Positions 41,757-53,700 of a DNA stretch of 64,000 nt are shown in pieces. The notes below the pieces were generated by a model that had not been told where the DNA came from, did not search any database, and was given only the letters and a program-made list of their open reading frames with translations. The stretch comes from Andalucia godoyi And28 (lineage: Eukaryota > Protista > Jakobida), in the NCBI GenBank assembly GCA_009859145.1, contig VRVR01000024.1, forward strand, positions 214,870 through 278,869. The letters are read 5' to 3'. How positions within the stretch are numbered: position 1 is the stretch's first letter; every line of letters begins with the position of its first letter. Made by a program: the position numbers and the translations under genes.

Positions 41757-44700
41757 ATGGCTTTGGATGGTCGGCACAAATACGTCTTTGGAAAGGCAGC
41801 CGAGCTTCTGGGAGTCTCAGAAGCGGATCTGGTTGATTTTTCAAAGGATACGGGGGCAATTGACAATGTGAACAGCTTTTTCAAGGCAGAAGGACCTCCG
41901 AAGCTGCTCATCTTTAATATTTCGGACCCTTCATCACTGGACACGTCTGGTGTCCATGACCGGATAGACCAGGTTCAGTTGGAGCACAGTAAAGGGTTCT
42001 TCATGACGGTCGGAGAAGCGCCTGCCTGTGTTATCGGCTCCCCATGCATCTACTTTCTGAGGCTTTCAAATAAGGCACTGGCTGCGAACAGCATCGATCA
42101 GGATTGCGTCCACGGTTATTTCGGAAAGGACATGCTCGGGGATTTGAAAACTCAACTTCAGACTGTTCTTCTCCCTGCTTTGAAGGCTCAGTCGAATTGG
42201 GGAGAACTCACCCGGGATGACGGTGTTACGTATGACGCAGACATTCGTGAGTTCCTCGAATCGACAGAGCGCTTCCTGAACAATGTTCGAGAAGCGGATC
42301 TTGCTTTGCATGACATCATCACACTTCCTCCGCCCTCCAAGAATTTCCAGATCAAAAACACTCCCGAAGCGATGAAGGCCGCGTCCTTGAAGCTGGAAGT
42401 GGTCGTGACATATGAAGAGACCGTTCGTCAGTGGATGTCTATCATTTCTTCCCTTATTGCGGGAAGCAGTCTTATCCGATCCGAAGCGGAAGATAGTGGT
42501 CCGCGTGCAGAGCTCGAGTATTGGAAGAGTCGAATGGCGAAGTTCAACAGTGTTCTTGAACAACTCAAGGCACCGCAGGCTCGTGTTGTGTTTGGGGTCC
42601 TGCGCTCTGCGCCTTCTCCCGTACTGGTCGAATGGAACAAGCTTGACGTTGCTATCACCAACGCTGCAAACGAAGCTAAGGACAACGTCAAGTATTTGTA
42701 TACTCTCGAAGAGTTCTATGACCCGCTGTACAAACTTGATCCGCCAAATGTGATTCCGACTATTCCGGGGTTGTTGAACTCCATCCGAATGATGTATTCT
42801 ATCGCCCGCTTTTACAATACGGCAGAACGGATGACGGCGCTTTTTGTGAAGGTCACAAACCAGATTATTGTGTGTTGCCGAAAATACTTGACTACTGCGA
42901 ACAATATTTTTGATGAGGATCGGTCCGCATATGTGGAAAGATTGCGTTCCTGCGTGGACCTCAATGACGCGTATCAGCGAGCTTACCGCGAGACGAAGTT
43001 GCAGCTGCAGTCAGATCCCGCCAATAGACAGTTTGATTTTTCGGAATCTGCGCTGTTTTCGAACGTGGATCTGTTTTCCGAACGAATCGTTCGCATCATG
43101 GACATCTTGCACACCATCAGCCAGTTTTCGACCCTCGAGGGATGTTTGATTGACGGCATTCAGCCGCTGGTCAAACGTTTCCGGCAGATCGTGGATGACA
43201 TCAAGAAGAAGCCCCAGACGTTCTTTTTGGACCATCGAAAGTCAGACTTCGACAAGTACTACCTGGATTTCAGAAGGAGTGTGCTCGACCTGGAAAGCGA
43301 ACTGGTGAACTTCATCAACGAAGCGTTCTTGAAGACGTCCTCCACAGTCCGCGCGATTTCTCTATTGCAGCAGTTCAAAGGAGTCCTGCAACGGGAGTCT
43401 CTGCAGAAACTCCTGGAAGAAAAGTATCTTTTTGTGTTCGAAAAGTACACATCCGATCTGGATATGGTGAAGAATCAATACGAAGCCCAAAAAGAAGACC
43501 CGCCCGTTCCTCGAAACACTCCAAAGGTTGCTGGGTCCATTTTCTGGTCTCGCCAGCTGCTGCGTCGGATTGAACGACCAATGATGTTTTTCCTCCACAC
43601 TCCCGTAATCCAGTCCAAGGATGGAAAGAGAGTTGTGAAGCTTTACAACAAGATCGCCACCGCGCTTGTTTCATTTGAAACGCTGTGGTTCGATTGCTGG
43701 TGCCAGTCCGTGGAAGCTGCACGAGATGGGCTTCACGCCACTCTCCTCGTTCGCCATCCAGATACGAAGGCACTCTATGTGAACTTCGATACCCAAATCA
43801 TGCAGCTGCTTCGCGAGGCTCGTTGCCTGAAGCGCTTAGGCTTTGACATTCCCGATACCGCGCTGATCGTCTGTGATCAGGAAGAGCGGTTCAAGTCATA
43901 TTGCGAGGTGCTGCATCACATGGTCCGGGTCTATTCCGACTGTCCGAAGCAGATTTCCTCCGGTTACAAGCCGCTGGCGCAGCCTCTTTTGCAACGTCTG
44001 GATGACGCTATTCGCCCTGGCCTGCAATCCATCACTTGGACCTCTCTCAACATCGATTCGTACATTGCAAATTTGAAGCTGGAAATTGAGAAGTTCCAGG
44101 AAGTTGTCCGCAAATGCGAGGACATTTTCAAGACTCGCATTGAAGGAGGCCAGGCGTTCATTCGCAACTTACGGTTGATCCGCATTGCACCTGGCGAGTC
44201 CACTATGTCGGTGCATTATTTCCTCGAAAAACAGACAGAGAACATTGTTTCTTCCACGACAGACATAGATCTACGAAATCAAGAAATCGAGACTGCCACG
44301 CATGATCTTGTGAACTTTTTGCATTCTGTATATCTGGTTCCAGAGGCGTATGAAATTGAAGAGGATGTCAAACGGTTTGTTCGAAACCAAGAAAGACAGA
44401 CGTTCGAGGCCGTCGCACTATGCATTCGTCACTCGGTTTCATTCCTGAAGCATCGTTTGACAATTCCCATTTTACCAAATGGTCAGAGAGTCGTTGCATC
44501 CGCTGACAACGCGATATTCAAGGCCGATTTAACGGTCCTCGTACCCGATGTTGTTCTCGATCCGCCTTTGCCTGATCTCCAGCGAGTCATCAACACGTCT
44601 ATGAAGATGATCATTGAAAGAATGAAGTTCATCTACTGGTGGGGACAATCGCGTCCGACGCAGACGCCTTTGGGGAATGCTTCTCCCGAAAAGGAAGTCG

Positions 44701-47700
44701 GCTCGCAAGCGGCCTCGGATCTTCGATCCATCCACGTCGCGATGGGTTCGAATCGGCAGGTTGTCAAATCGTATCTGCAGCTCACCGGGGCTGTGGAGGC
44801 GCTCAAAAGAGAAGTATCCGAATACATTGCGATGTTCGCTCGATTCAACCTGTTGTGGAACATGAATCGGGCGGATTATGTGAAAGCATTCATGGCGAAG
44901 AACCCGTCTTTGGAGGACTTCGAATCTGAACTCAAAAAGTTTAACAATTTCAAGTTGGAGGCCGAGCGATTTCAGGAATTCTACGTTATTGGCCCGATTA
45001 CTCTCGATTTGAGTCCGTTGTGCGCGACCATCAAGAATGAATCCTTGGCATGGAAGCAAGCAATTGGAGGTATTCTGAGCGAGCGCATCAAAGGCGACGT
45101 GCAGCAACTGATTTTGTACATGGATGATACCACACAGAAATTGTCTCGAAATGTGCGGGATCTGGAAGACATCAATCTCATCATGTCGACTCTTGCCAGT
45201 CTGCGAGAGACGGAGGCGGAAATTGAGATGAAACTGATTCCTATCGAGGACACGTATGCGCTTCTCAACAAGTATCATGTTACCATCGAGCAGGAAGAAC
45301 AGGATCAGGTGGACGTCATCCGATATACGTGGAAGAAGTTGATTGTACTTGCTCGGTCGACCATGGATAAGATGCGGGAAATTGCACCGGGATTCAAAAA
45401 GTCCTTGCTGGATAACGTGCATTCATTTGCAAAGGACGTGGATGTCTTTAACAAGGATTTCGTGGAAAACGGTCCGGGTGTAAAAGGCGTGAAGCCGAGG
45501 ATTGCCGTGGACCGCGTGAAGACGTTCCAGGCGCAGTTTGACGAGCGGGAGCGGAAAATGCAAGCGTATCAAATGGGAGAACAGCTGTTCGGTCTTCCTG
45601 TGAGTGAGTATCCAGACTTGAGTAGAATTGGCAAAGAACTGAAGTTGTTGGCGAAACTGTACGATCTGTATACCGACGTTCTCATGACGGTGAACGGCTA
45701 CGAAGAAATTTTGTGGGTCGACATGAATGCGGACGCTATGGGCAACCAGTTGCTGGACTTCCAGAACAAATGCAGGAAGATGCCTAAGCAACTCCGAGAC
45801 TGGGATGCGTATGAAGAATTGAAGAAGATGATTGACGACATGAACGAAACACTGCCGCTTCTCATCGGTCTAGCACATCCTTCTATGCGCGACCGTCACT
45901 GGGATGCGGTATCGGAACTCTGCGGTGTCAAGCTGGAGTACCAGACACCCGATTTCAAGATCAAGACCTTGCTGGAAGCAAATCTGCTGTCGCACCGCGA
46001 TGAAATCGAGGAAATCACGTCAGGAGCAGTGAAAGAGGCCGACATCGAAGTGAAGTTAGGAAAGGTTCGAGATGACTGGGTGAGTCAAGATCTTCAGCTG
46101 GGGGCCTTCAAGAATCGTGGCAATCTGGTCCTCAAATCCAGCGAAACCTCGGAGTTGCTCGCGTTGATTGAGGACACGCAAATGACCCTCGGATCGCTGT
46201 TGTCCAACAGGTATAACCGACCGTTCCGAAAGGACATCCAATTGTGGATCCAGAAGTTGACTACTGTCCAAGAGGTTCTGGAGCTTTTCCTTCAGGTGCA
46301 GGCTTTGTGGATCTATCTCGAGGCTGTGTTTTCTGGAGGAGACATCGCCCGCCAATTGCCGCAAGAGGCAAAGAGATTTGCGAACATTGACAAATCCTGG
46401 TGCAAGATCATGGCTACTGCGGCCGACAATGCGAACGTCGTGAAGCTGTGCCACGGCGACGATATGCTGCGGAACTTGCTGCCTCACTTGTTCGAATCGT
46501 TGGAGATTTGCCAAAAGTCCTTGTCCGGATACCTGGAGGCCAAACGCCAGGTTTTCCCACGCTTTTACTTCGTATCTGATGCCCAGTTGCTGGAGATTCT
46601 TGGTCAAGGCTCGGATCCTCATACCATTCAGCCTCATTTGTTGTCCATCTTCGCGAACCTTGCCAAAGTGCAATTCGATGGAGTGCAGCGGAACAAAATT
46701 GTTGCAATGGAGTCTGCGGAAGCAGAGAGTGTTCCGTTGTCGACTCCGCTGGTATGTGATGGCAACATCGAGGATTGGTTGAATAAGCTTGTTGTTGTCA
46801 TGGCGGATACTGTCCGTGATGTTTCCGCCCAGATGTTTGGTCGTCTGGATTTGATTCAGGATGGCGGAAATCGACAGAAAGTGGAAGAGTTTATTGCCAT
46901 GTTCCCAGCCCAGGTTTCTCTTCTGGGTGTTCAAGTCTTTTGGACCGTTGATTCTGAAGATGCTCTGAACAAGGCCAAGACAGAAAAGAACGCAATGGCT
47001 GTTGCTCGGAAGAAGTTTGAAGCTCTTCTTGCCACCCTGATCGATGTCACGACTGGTAACCTTTCAAAGCGGATGCGAACGAATGTTGAAACGCTCATCA
47101 CCATTCACATTCATCAGGTAGATATATTTTTGGACCTCGTTAAGCTTCGTGTGCGCGCGGCGAACGATTTTGAGTGGCTGAAGCAAACTCGTTTCTACTG
47201 GAAACCTGAGGAAATGCGTTCGATTGTCTCCATCACGGACGTTGATTTCGACTACTGCTGGGAGTACCTGGGTTGCAAGGAGCGGTTGGTTATCACTCCT
47301 TTGACAGATCGTATCTACATCTCGTGTTCCCAGGCCATGGGAATGTATTATGGTGGTGCTCCCGCAGGGCCTGCAGGGACGGGGAAAACCGAAACAACAA
47401 AGGATATGGGTTCCTCCGTTGGAAAGTACTTCATCACCATCAACTGTTCCGATCAAATGGACTATCGCGGCATGGCAAAGCTGTACAAGGGTATTGCCCA
47501 ATCCGGCATTTGGTGCGGCTTCGATGAAATCAACCGCGTTGAACTGGAAGTCTTGTCCGTCGTCGCAGCCCAGATTGCTTGCATCTATGCAGCACTTCGC
47601 GACCGCAAGACGGTGTTTACGTTTGTCGACGGAACAGACATCCCTCTGGATCCAAAGTGCGGCATCTTCATTACGATGAATCCTGGTTACGCTGGTCGTA

Positions 47701-50700
47701 CGGAACTCCCCGAAAACATGAAAGCCCTTTTCCGAAGTATTGCTGTCGTCGTGCCAGATCGGCAGATCATCATGCGAGTTCGTCTTGCTGCTTCTGGTTT
47801 CCAGGAAAATCAAGCGCTTGCGAAGAAGTTCTTCATCTTGTATCGGTTATGCGAGGAGCAGTTGTCGAAACAAACCCACTATGATTTCGGTCTCCGTAAC
47901 ATTTTATCGGTTCTCCGAACCTGCGGTACAACGAAGCGAAGCAACCTTACTGCATCGGAAACGATGGTGTTAATGCGAGTTCTTCGAGACATGAACATCT
48001 CCAAGCTTGTAGAAGAGGATGAGCCCTTGTTCCTGTCGCTTATTGCAGATCTTTTCCCCGGAACTAACGTTGAAGCTTCCACGTACCCGGAGCTGCAGCA
48101 AGCAATTGCAAAGCATGCAGATGCGATGGGTTTAATCAATTCTCCCGGCTGGAATTTGAAAGTCATTCAGTTTTATGAGCAGTGGCGCGTCCGTCACGGG
48201 CTGTGTCTGATGGGACCATCGGGAGCTGGTAAGTCGAGTTTGCTGAGCGTATTGCTGAAATCGCTGTCTGATGTCGATGTTCCGACCAAGGAAGTTCGGA
48301 TGAATCCAAAGGCAATTACCGCAACGCAGATGTTCGGCCGACTGGACGTACAGACGAATGACTGGACCGATGGCATTTTCTCGTCTTTGTGGCGACGCTC
48401 CAACAAGCGAACTCAAGGAAACTCCTGGATTATTCTGGATGGTCCCGTGGATGCGGTGTGGATCGAGAATCTTAACACTGTGCTGGATGATACCAGGACA
48501 CTTACATTGGCGAACGGAGATCGCCTCGGTATGCCGGCTACCCTGAAACTTGTTTTTGAAGTAGGAAACTTGGACAATGCATCCCCGGCAACCGTTTCAC
48601 GCATGGGAATGGTGTACATGGGTCCTTCCGCGCTGGGTTGGGAGCCGGTTGTAGAAGCTTGGTTGAAGTCGTCCGGTCGGTTTGAGGATGAGAAGGCAAA
48701 GCTGCGGGACTTGTTTAACAAGTCGGTTGAGGGTCTTTTAGTTGAATTGCGCGATAACTTTGGTCCGCGCATGAATGTCGAGCCTGTCAATTATCTTTCT
48801 ACCTTTTTGAAGCTGCTTGCTGGTTTGCTGCCTCGTGCAGCGCCTCCTCAGTCGAATAATCCCGAAGACAACAAGGGTCCGGCGATTGGAGCTCCTCGTG
48901 GGCCTGCAAAGCAGTGTGCTTCGCATATGCATGTGGAGCGGCTGTTTACTTTTGCTGCGTGCTGGTCTCTTGGTGGTCTGCTGGAATTGCCAGGTCGTCG
49001 GAAGTTCCACGATTTCATGAAGAAACTCGGGTTCGACTTGCCGAAGATTGCGACTTCGGGCGGGGATGGAGAGGATGTTGTTGAAGAGACAGTATTTGAC
49101 TATTTTGTTGATGATTCCGGTGATTGGAAACACTGGTCGACGCGTGTCCCTGCCTGGGAGTATCCACGGGACCCGGAGAAGACTCCGGATTTCGCATCCA
49201 TTTTGGTTCCGACAGTGGACAATGTTCGCTGCGGATTTTTGATTCAGCTCATTGCAAATCAGGGGCTTCCAGTTTTGCTGATTGGTGAACCAGGTACTGC
49301 AAAGACGGTCACGATTCAGCAATTTTTGTTCTCTCAGGACCCCGACTATGTGAAGAACAAGATGATTGCGTTCTCGTCGGCGACGACACCAATGATCTTC
49401 CAGCGAACTCTGGAAGCGTCTGTGGAGAAGCGTATGGGAACTTCCTATGGACCTCCTCCTGGAAAGAAGTTGCTGGTGTTCATCGACGACATCAACATGC
49501 CGGAAATCAACGAGTGGGGTGATCAGGTTACGAACGAAATTGTGCGTCAGTTAGTCGAAGACGGGGGATTCTTTTCGCTGGAAAAGCCAGGAGAATGGTC
49601 TTCGATTCTCGATGTTCACTTCCTTGCTGCGATGAATCAGCCCGGTGGTGGCCGAAACGACATTCCCTCCCGTATGAAACGGCACTTTTCCATATTCAAT
49701 GTTACGCTCCCGTCAACAGTGTCCGTGGAGCGCATTTACGGCGCCATGTCTGCTGGTCACTTTTGTGCAGAACGCGGATTCGCTGCACCAGTTGTTGAAG
49801 CAGCAAAGCTTCTTCCCCGGTTCACCCGTGTTCTTTGGGAAGCCACGAAAAAGAAGATGTTGCCAACACCCGCGAAATTCCACTACATTTTTAACTTGAG
49901 AGACTTGTCGCGGACTTTCCAGGGTATCTTGAAATCCGAGCACGATGTCATCAAGACGAAGACTGACCTTTTCCGCTTGTGGCGACATGAATGCGAGCGT
50001 GTGTTACCGGACCGGTTTAATGATCCAGCAGACCTTGAATGGTTCGGGGCGGCGACGAAGCAATTGATTGTCAAGGAACTTGGCGAGGAAGCAGCCCCTG
50101 CTATCATGGATACTCCGATTTATTTCGCCGATTTCCTTCGCGAAGAGGTTGAACCCGAAAATCCTGAGGACGAGTCTTACCTCCCGAAAATTTACGAGCC
50201 GATTGCAAGTTTCCCTCAGCTACAGGAGCGGCTCGAGTACTATCAGACGCAGTACAACGAGACATACAAAAAGTCTCCCATGGATCTGGTGCTGTTCGAG
50301 TATGCCATGGTCCACTTGCTTCGTATTTCTCGCGTCATCCGTACTGCCCGTGGAAATGCGCTGCTGGTCGGTGTTGGCGGTTCTGGAAAGCAGTCTCTCA
50401 CGAGACTTGCGTCGTTCATCGCAGGCTACAAGACGTTCCAGATTGTGATCACGAAAACGTACAATATCACAAACTTGATGGACGACTTGAAGGCATTGTA
50501 TCGAATGGCCGCCGTTGACTCTCCAGTAACCTTTTTGTTCACGGACAATGAGATCAAGGACGAGTCGTTTTTGGAATACATCAATATGATATTGACTTCT
50601 GGTGAAATCTCTGGGTTGTTCCCGAAGGACGAGTTGGACGCAGCGCTGGAGGATGTGCGACCAATTGCAAAGAAGGAGTTTCCTGGTTTCGTGGACACCT

Positions 50701-53700
50701 CTGAAAACCTGTACAAGTATTTTATCAATCGAGTGCGAGATCGATTGCATGTAGTCCTTTGTTTCTCACCTGTAGGAGACAAGTTCAGAACACGTGCGCG
50801 CAAGTTCCCAGGTCTGATTTCCGGTTGTAACATCGATTGGTTCCCGCTATGGCCTCTGGATGCCCTGCATGCGACTGCAAAGCGATTCCTTGGCGAATTT
50901 TCAATGCTCGTTGCCACAGACCAAGTGCGATCCAATTTGGTCGACCACATCTGCAATGTGCACGATCTCGTTGGGCAGACAACCGGGCAGTACTTTGCGA
51001 AGTACCGAAGGAACGTGTTCACTACTCCGAAGTCGTATCTGTCATTCATCGATTCCTACAAGAAGGTATACAAATTGAAATACGAGGAAGTGAAAGTTTT
51101 GGCAGATCGTATCAACGCCGGTCTGTCCAAGCTGCTTCAGGCGGAAAAGGACGTTTCAAAGATGAAGATTGACTTGCAGGTGAAGGAGAAGGATTTGGCA
51201 GTTGCAGTGACAAACACGGAAAAACTGCTGGCCGTCATCAAGGAACAAACCGCAATCGCGGAAAAGAAGAAGAATGAGGTTCAGAAAGTGAAGGATGAGT
51301 TGCAGGGCCAAGCGGACCAGATCAAAGCTGAAAAGGAGCAGGCCGAGGCTGAGCTGGAAGCGGCTCGCCCAGCGCTGGAAGAAGCCGAGTCTGCATTGAA
51401 TCAAATCAAACCTGCGGATATCGCAACACTCAAGAAGTTAGGAAAGCCTCCAAACTTGATCAAGAGAATTATGGATGGAGTGCTACTTCTTCGAATGATG
51501 TCTCTCGATAAGGTCAACGTTGACCCCGAATTTGCTGCAGAGCGCTCCCAGATTCTGCCATCGTGGGGCGATGCGGTGAAGATGATGAATGACTCGAATT
51601 TCTTGAATGCATTGATGTCGTTTGAGCGTGATGCGATCAACGACGAGACTTGTGAGTTGCTTGCCCCGTATCTCGAAATGGAGGACTTCACGACCGATCT
51701 TGCACGAAAATCTTCTGGTAACGCAGCTGGTTTGTGCACTTGGGTTCGTGCTATGGTTACGTATCACGAAGTTGCGAAGGTTGTTGCTCCTAAGCGAGAG
51801 CGGCTTCGCGAAGCCGAGGTGTTGCTGCGCGCCGCTCAAAAAGAACTCTCTGCAGCGCAAGCAGAGTTGGATGAGAAGCAGCGTCAAGTGGATGAGATGA
51901 TGACAAAGTTAGATGCGGCCATGAAGGAAAAGCAGCGTCTGCAAGATGATGCTACTTTGACCAAGTCCCGTCTTAATGCTGCTGAGCAGCTCATTACCGG
52001 CCTGGCAGGCGAGAAGATCCGCTGGACGCAACAAAGCAAGGAGTTTGACGACAAGATTCGCCGACTCGTGGGTGACGTTGCGATTGCCTGCGCATTCTTG
52101 TCGTATGCAGGTCCTTTCAATTCCGAATTCCGCACGCTGCTTGTTGCAAAGCGGTGGAAAGGCGATTTGGATTCTCGAGCGATTCCTCGTTCGTCTGATG
52201 AACAGATGCCCTCTCTGACGTCGTTTTTGACGGACGAGAACACAATTGGAGAGTGGACGCTGCAGGGCTTGCCCACAGACGATCTCTCCATCCAGAACGG
52301 TATTATAGTAACACAAGCGTCCAGGTATCCGTTGCTGGTGGATCCCCAAGGCCAAGCAAAGAAATGGATCAAGAGTCGCGAAGACAAGAATGGCCTCATT
52401 CTGACGACATTAACCCACAAGATGTTCCGCCAGCATTTGGAAGATGCCCTTTCGCAGGGTCGTCCCATGTTGATCGAAGATCTGGGGGAGGATCTCGATC
52501 CTGTGATTGATCCTCTGCTGGAGAAGCAATTCATTCGCGTGGGCGCTCGAAAGAAGAAGGTGCGTGTTGGGGATAAGGAAGTCGATGTGGAAGACGGCTT
52601 CGTTCTTTACATGACTACGAAGCTGCCGAACCCTCGATACACTCCGGAAATTTTTGCCAAGACCTCAATCATTGATTTCACCGTCACGATCAAAGGACTC
52701 GAAGATCAGCTGTTGGGCCGTGTGATTCTCAAAGAAAAGGCCGAGCTTGAGGAATCAAGGAAACAGCTTTTGGAAGAGATCAACAGCTGCAAGAAGACGG
52801 TCGCAAAATGCGAAGAGGATCTGCTTTACCGGTTGTCGTCTTCTCAGGGCAACTTGCTGGACGATGCGTCTCTGATCGAAGTTCTCAACCAAACCAAGAA
52901 GATTGCCGCAGAGGTTACAGAAAAACTGTCGATTGCGGAAACCACGACAGAGAAGATCACTCTTGCTCGAGAAGAATTCCGCCCTGTTGCCACTCGTGGA
53001 TCAATTCTCTATTTCGTTCTTACGGAGCTGTCGTTGGTCAATGTCATGTATCAGATTTCTCTTGAACTGTTCCTCCAGCTTTTCGACCAGGCCATTGACA
53101 CCGCTGACAAGTCGCCCTTCGCCGCCAAGCGCATTGAGAACATCATCAGCAACTCGACCTTTAGCATCTTCAAATACGTGCAACGGGGCCTGTATGAAAA
53201 GGACAAGCTCATGTATTCCTTGTTGCTGGCGCTTAAGATTGATCTGGTTGCGGGTAAGATTTCTTCTGTCGAATTCAACACGTTGCTTCGAGGTGGCGCT
53301 GCTGTGGACATGAACACTGCCAGGAAGAAACCGTTTGCCTGGATCCCGGACAACTCATGGCTGAATCTCATTGCACTGTCTTCAGTCAGCAAATTTGTGC
53401 AGCTTCTGGAAAACATTGTCGCAAATGAAGCGTTTTGGCGAGGTTACTACGATGCGGAACTGCCGGAGAACTCGCCGTTGCCTGAACCGTTTGATGGTAA
53501 GCTCTCGCAATTCCAAAAGTTCATGTTGGTTCGTTCGTGGCGTGAGGATCGTGCAATGATGGGTGCGCAGCAGTACATTATGGAATCGCTTGGCCAGCAG
53601 TTTGTGGAAGGCATTCCTTTAGACTGGGAGTTGCTGTGGTCCGAATCTGCACCCAGAATTCCTGTGATTTGTCTGCTGTCTATGGGTGCGGATCCGTCAT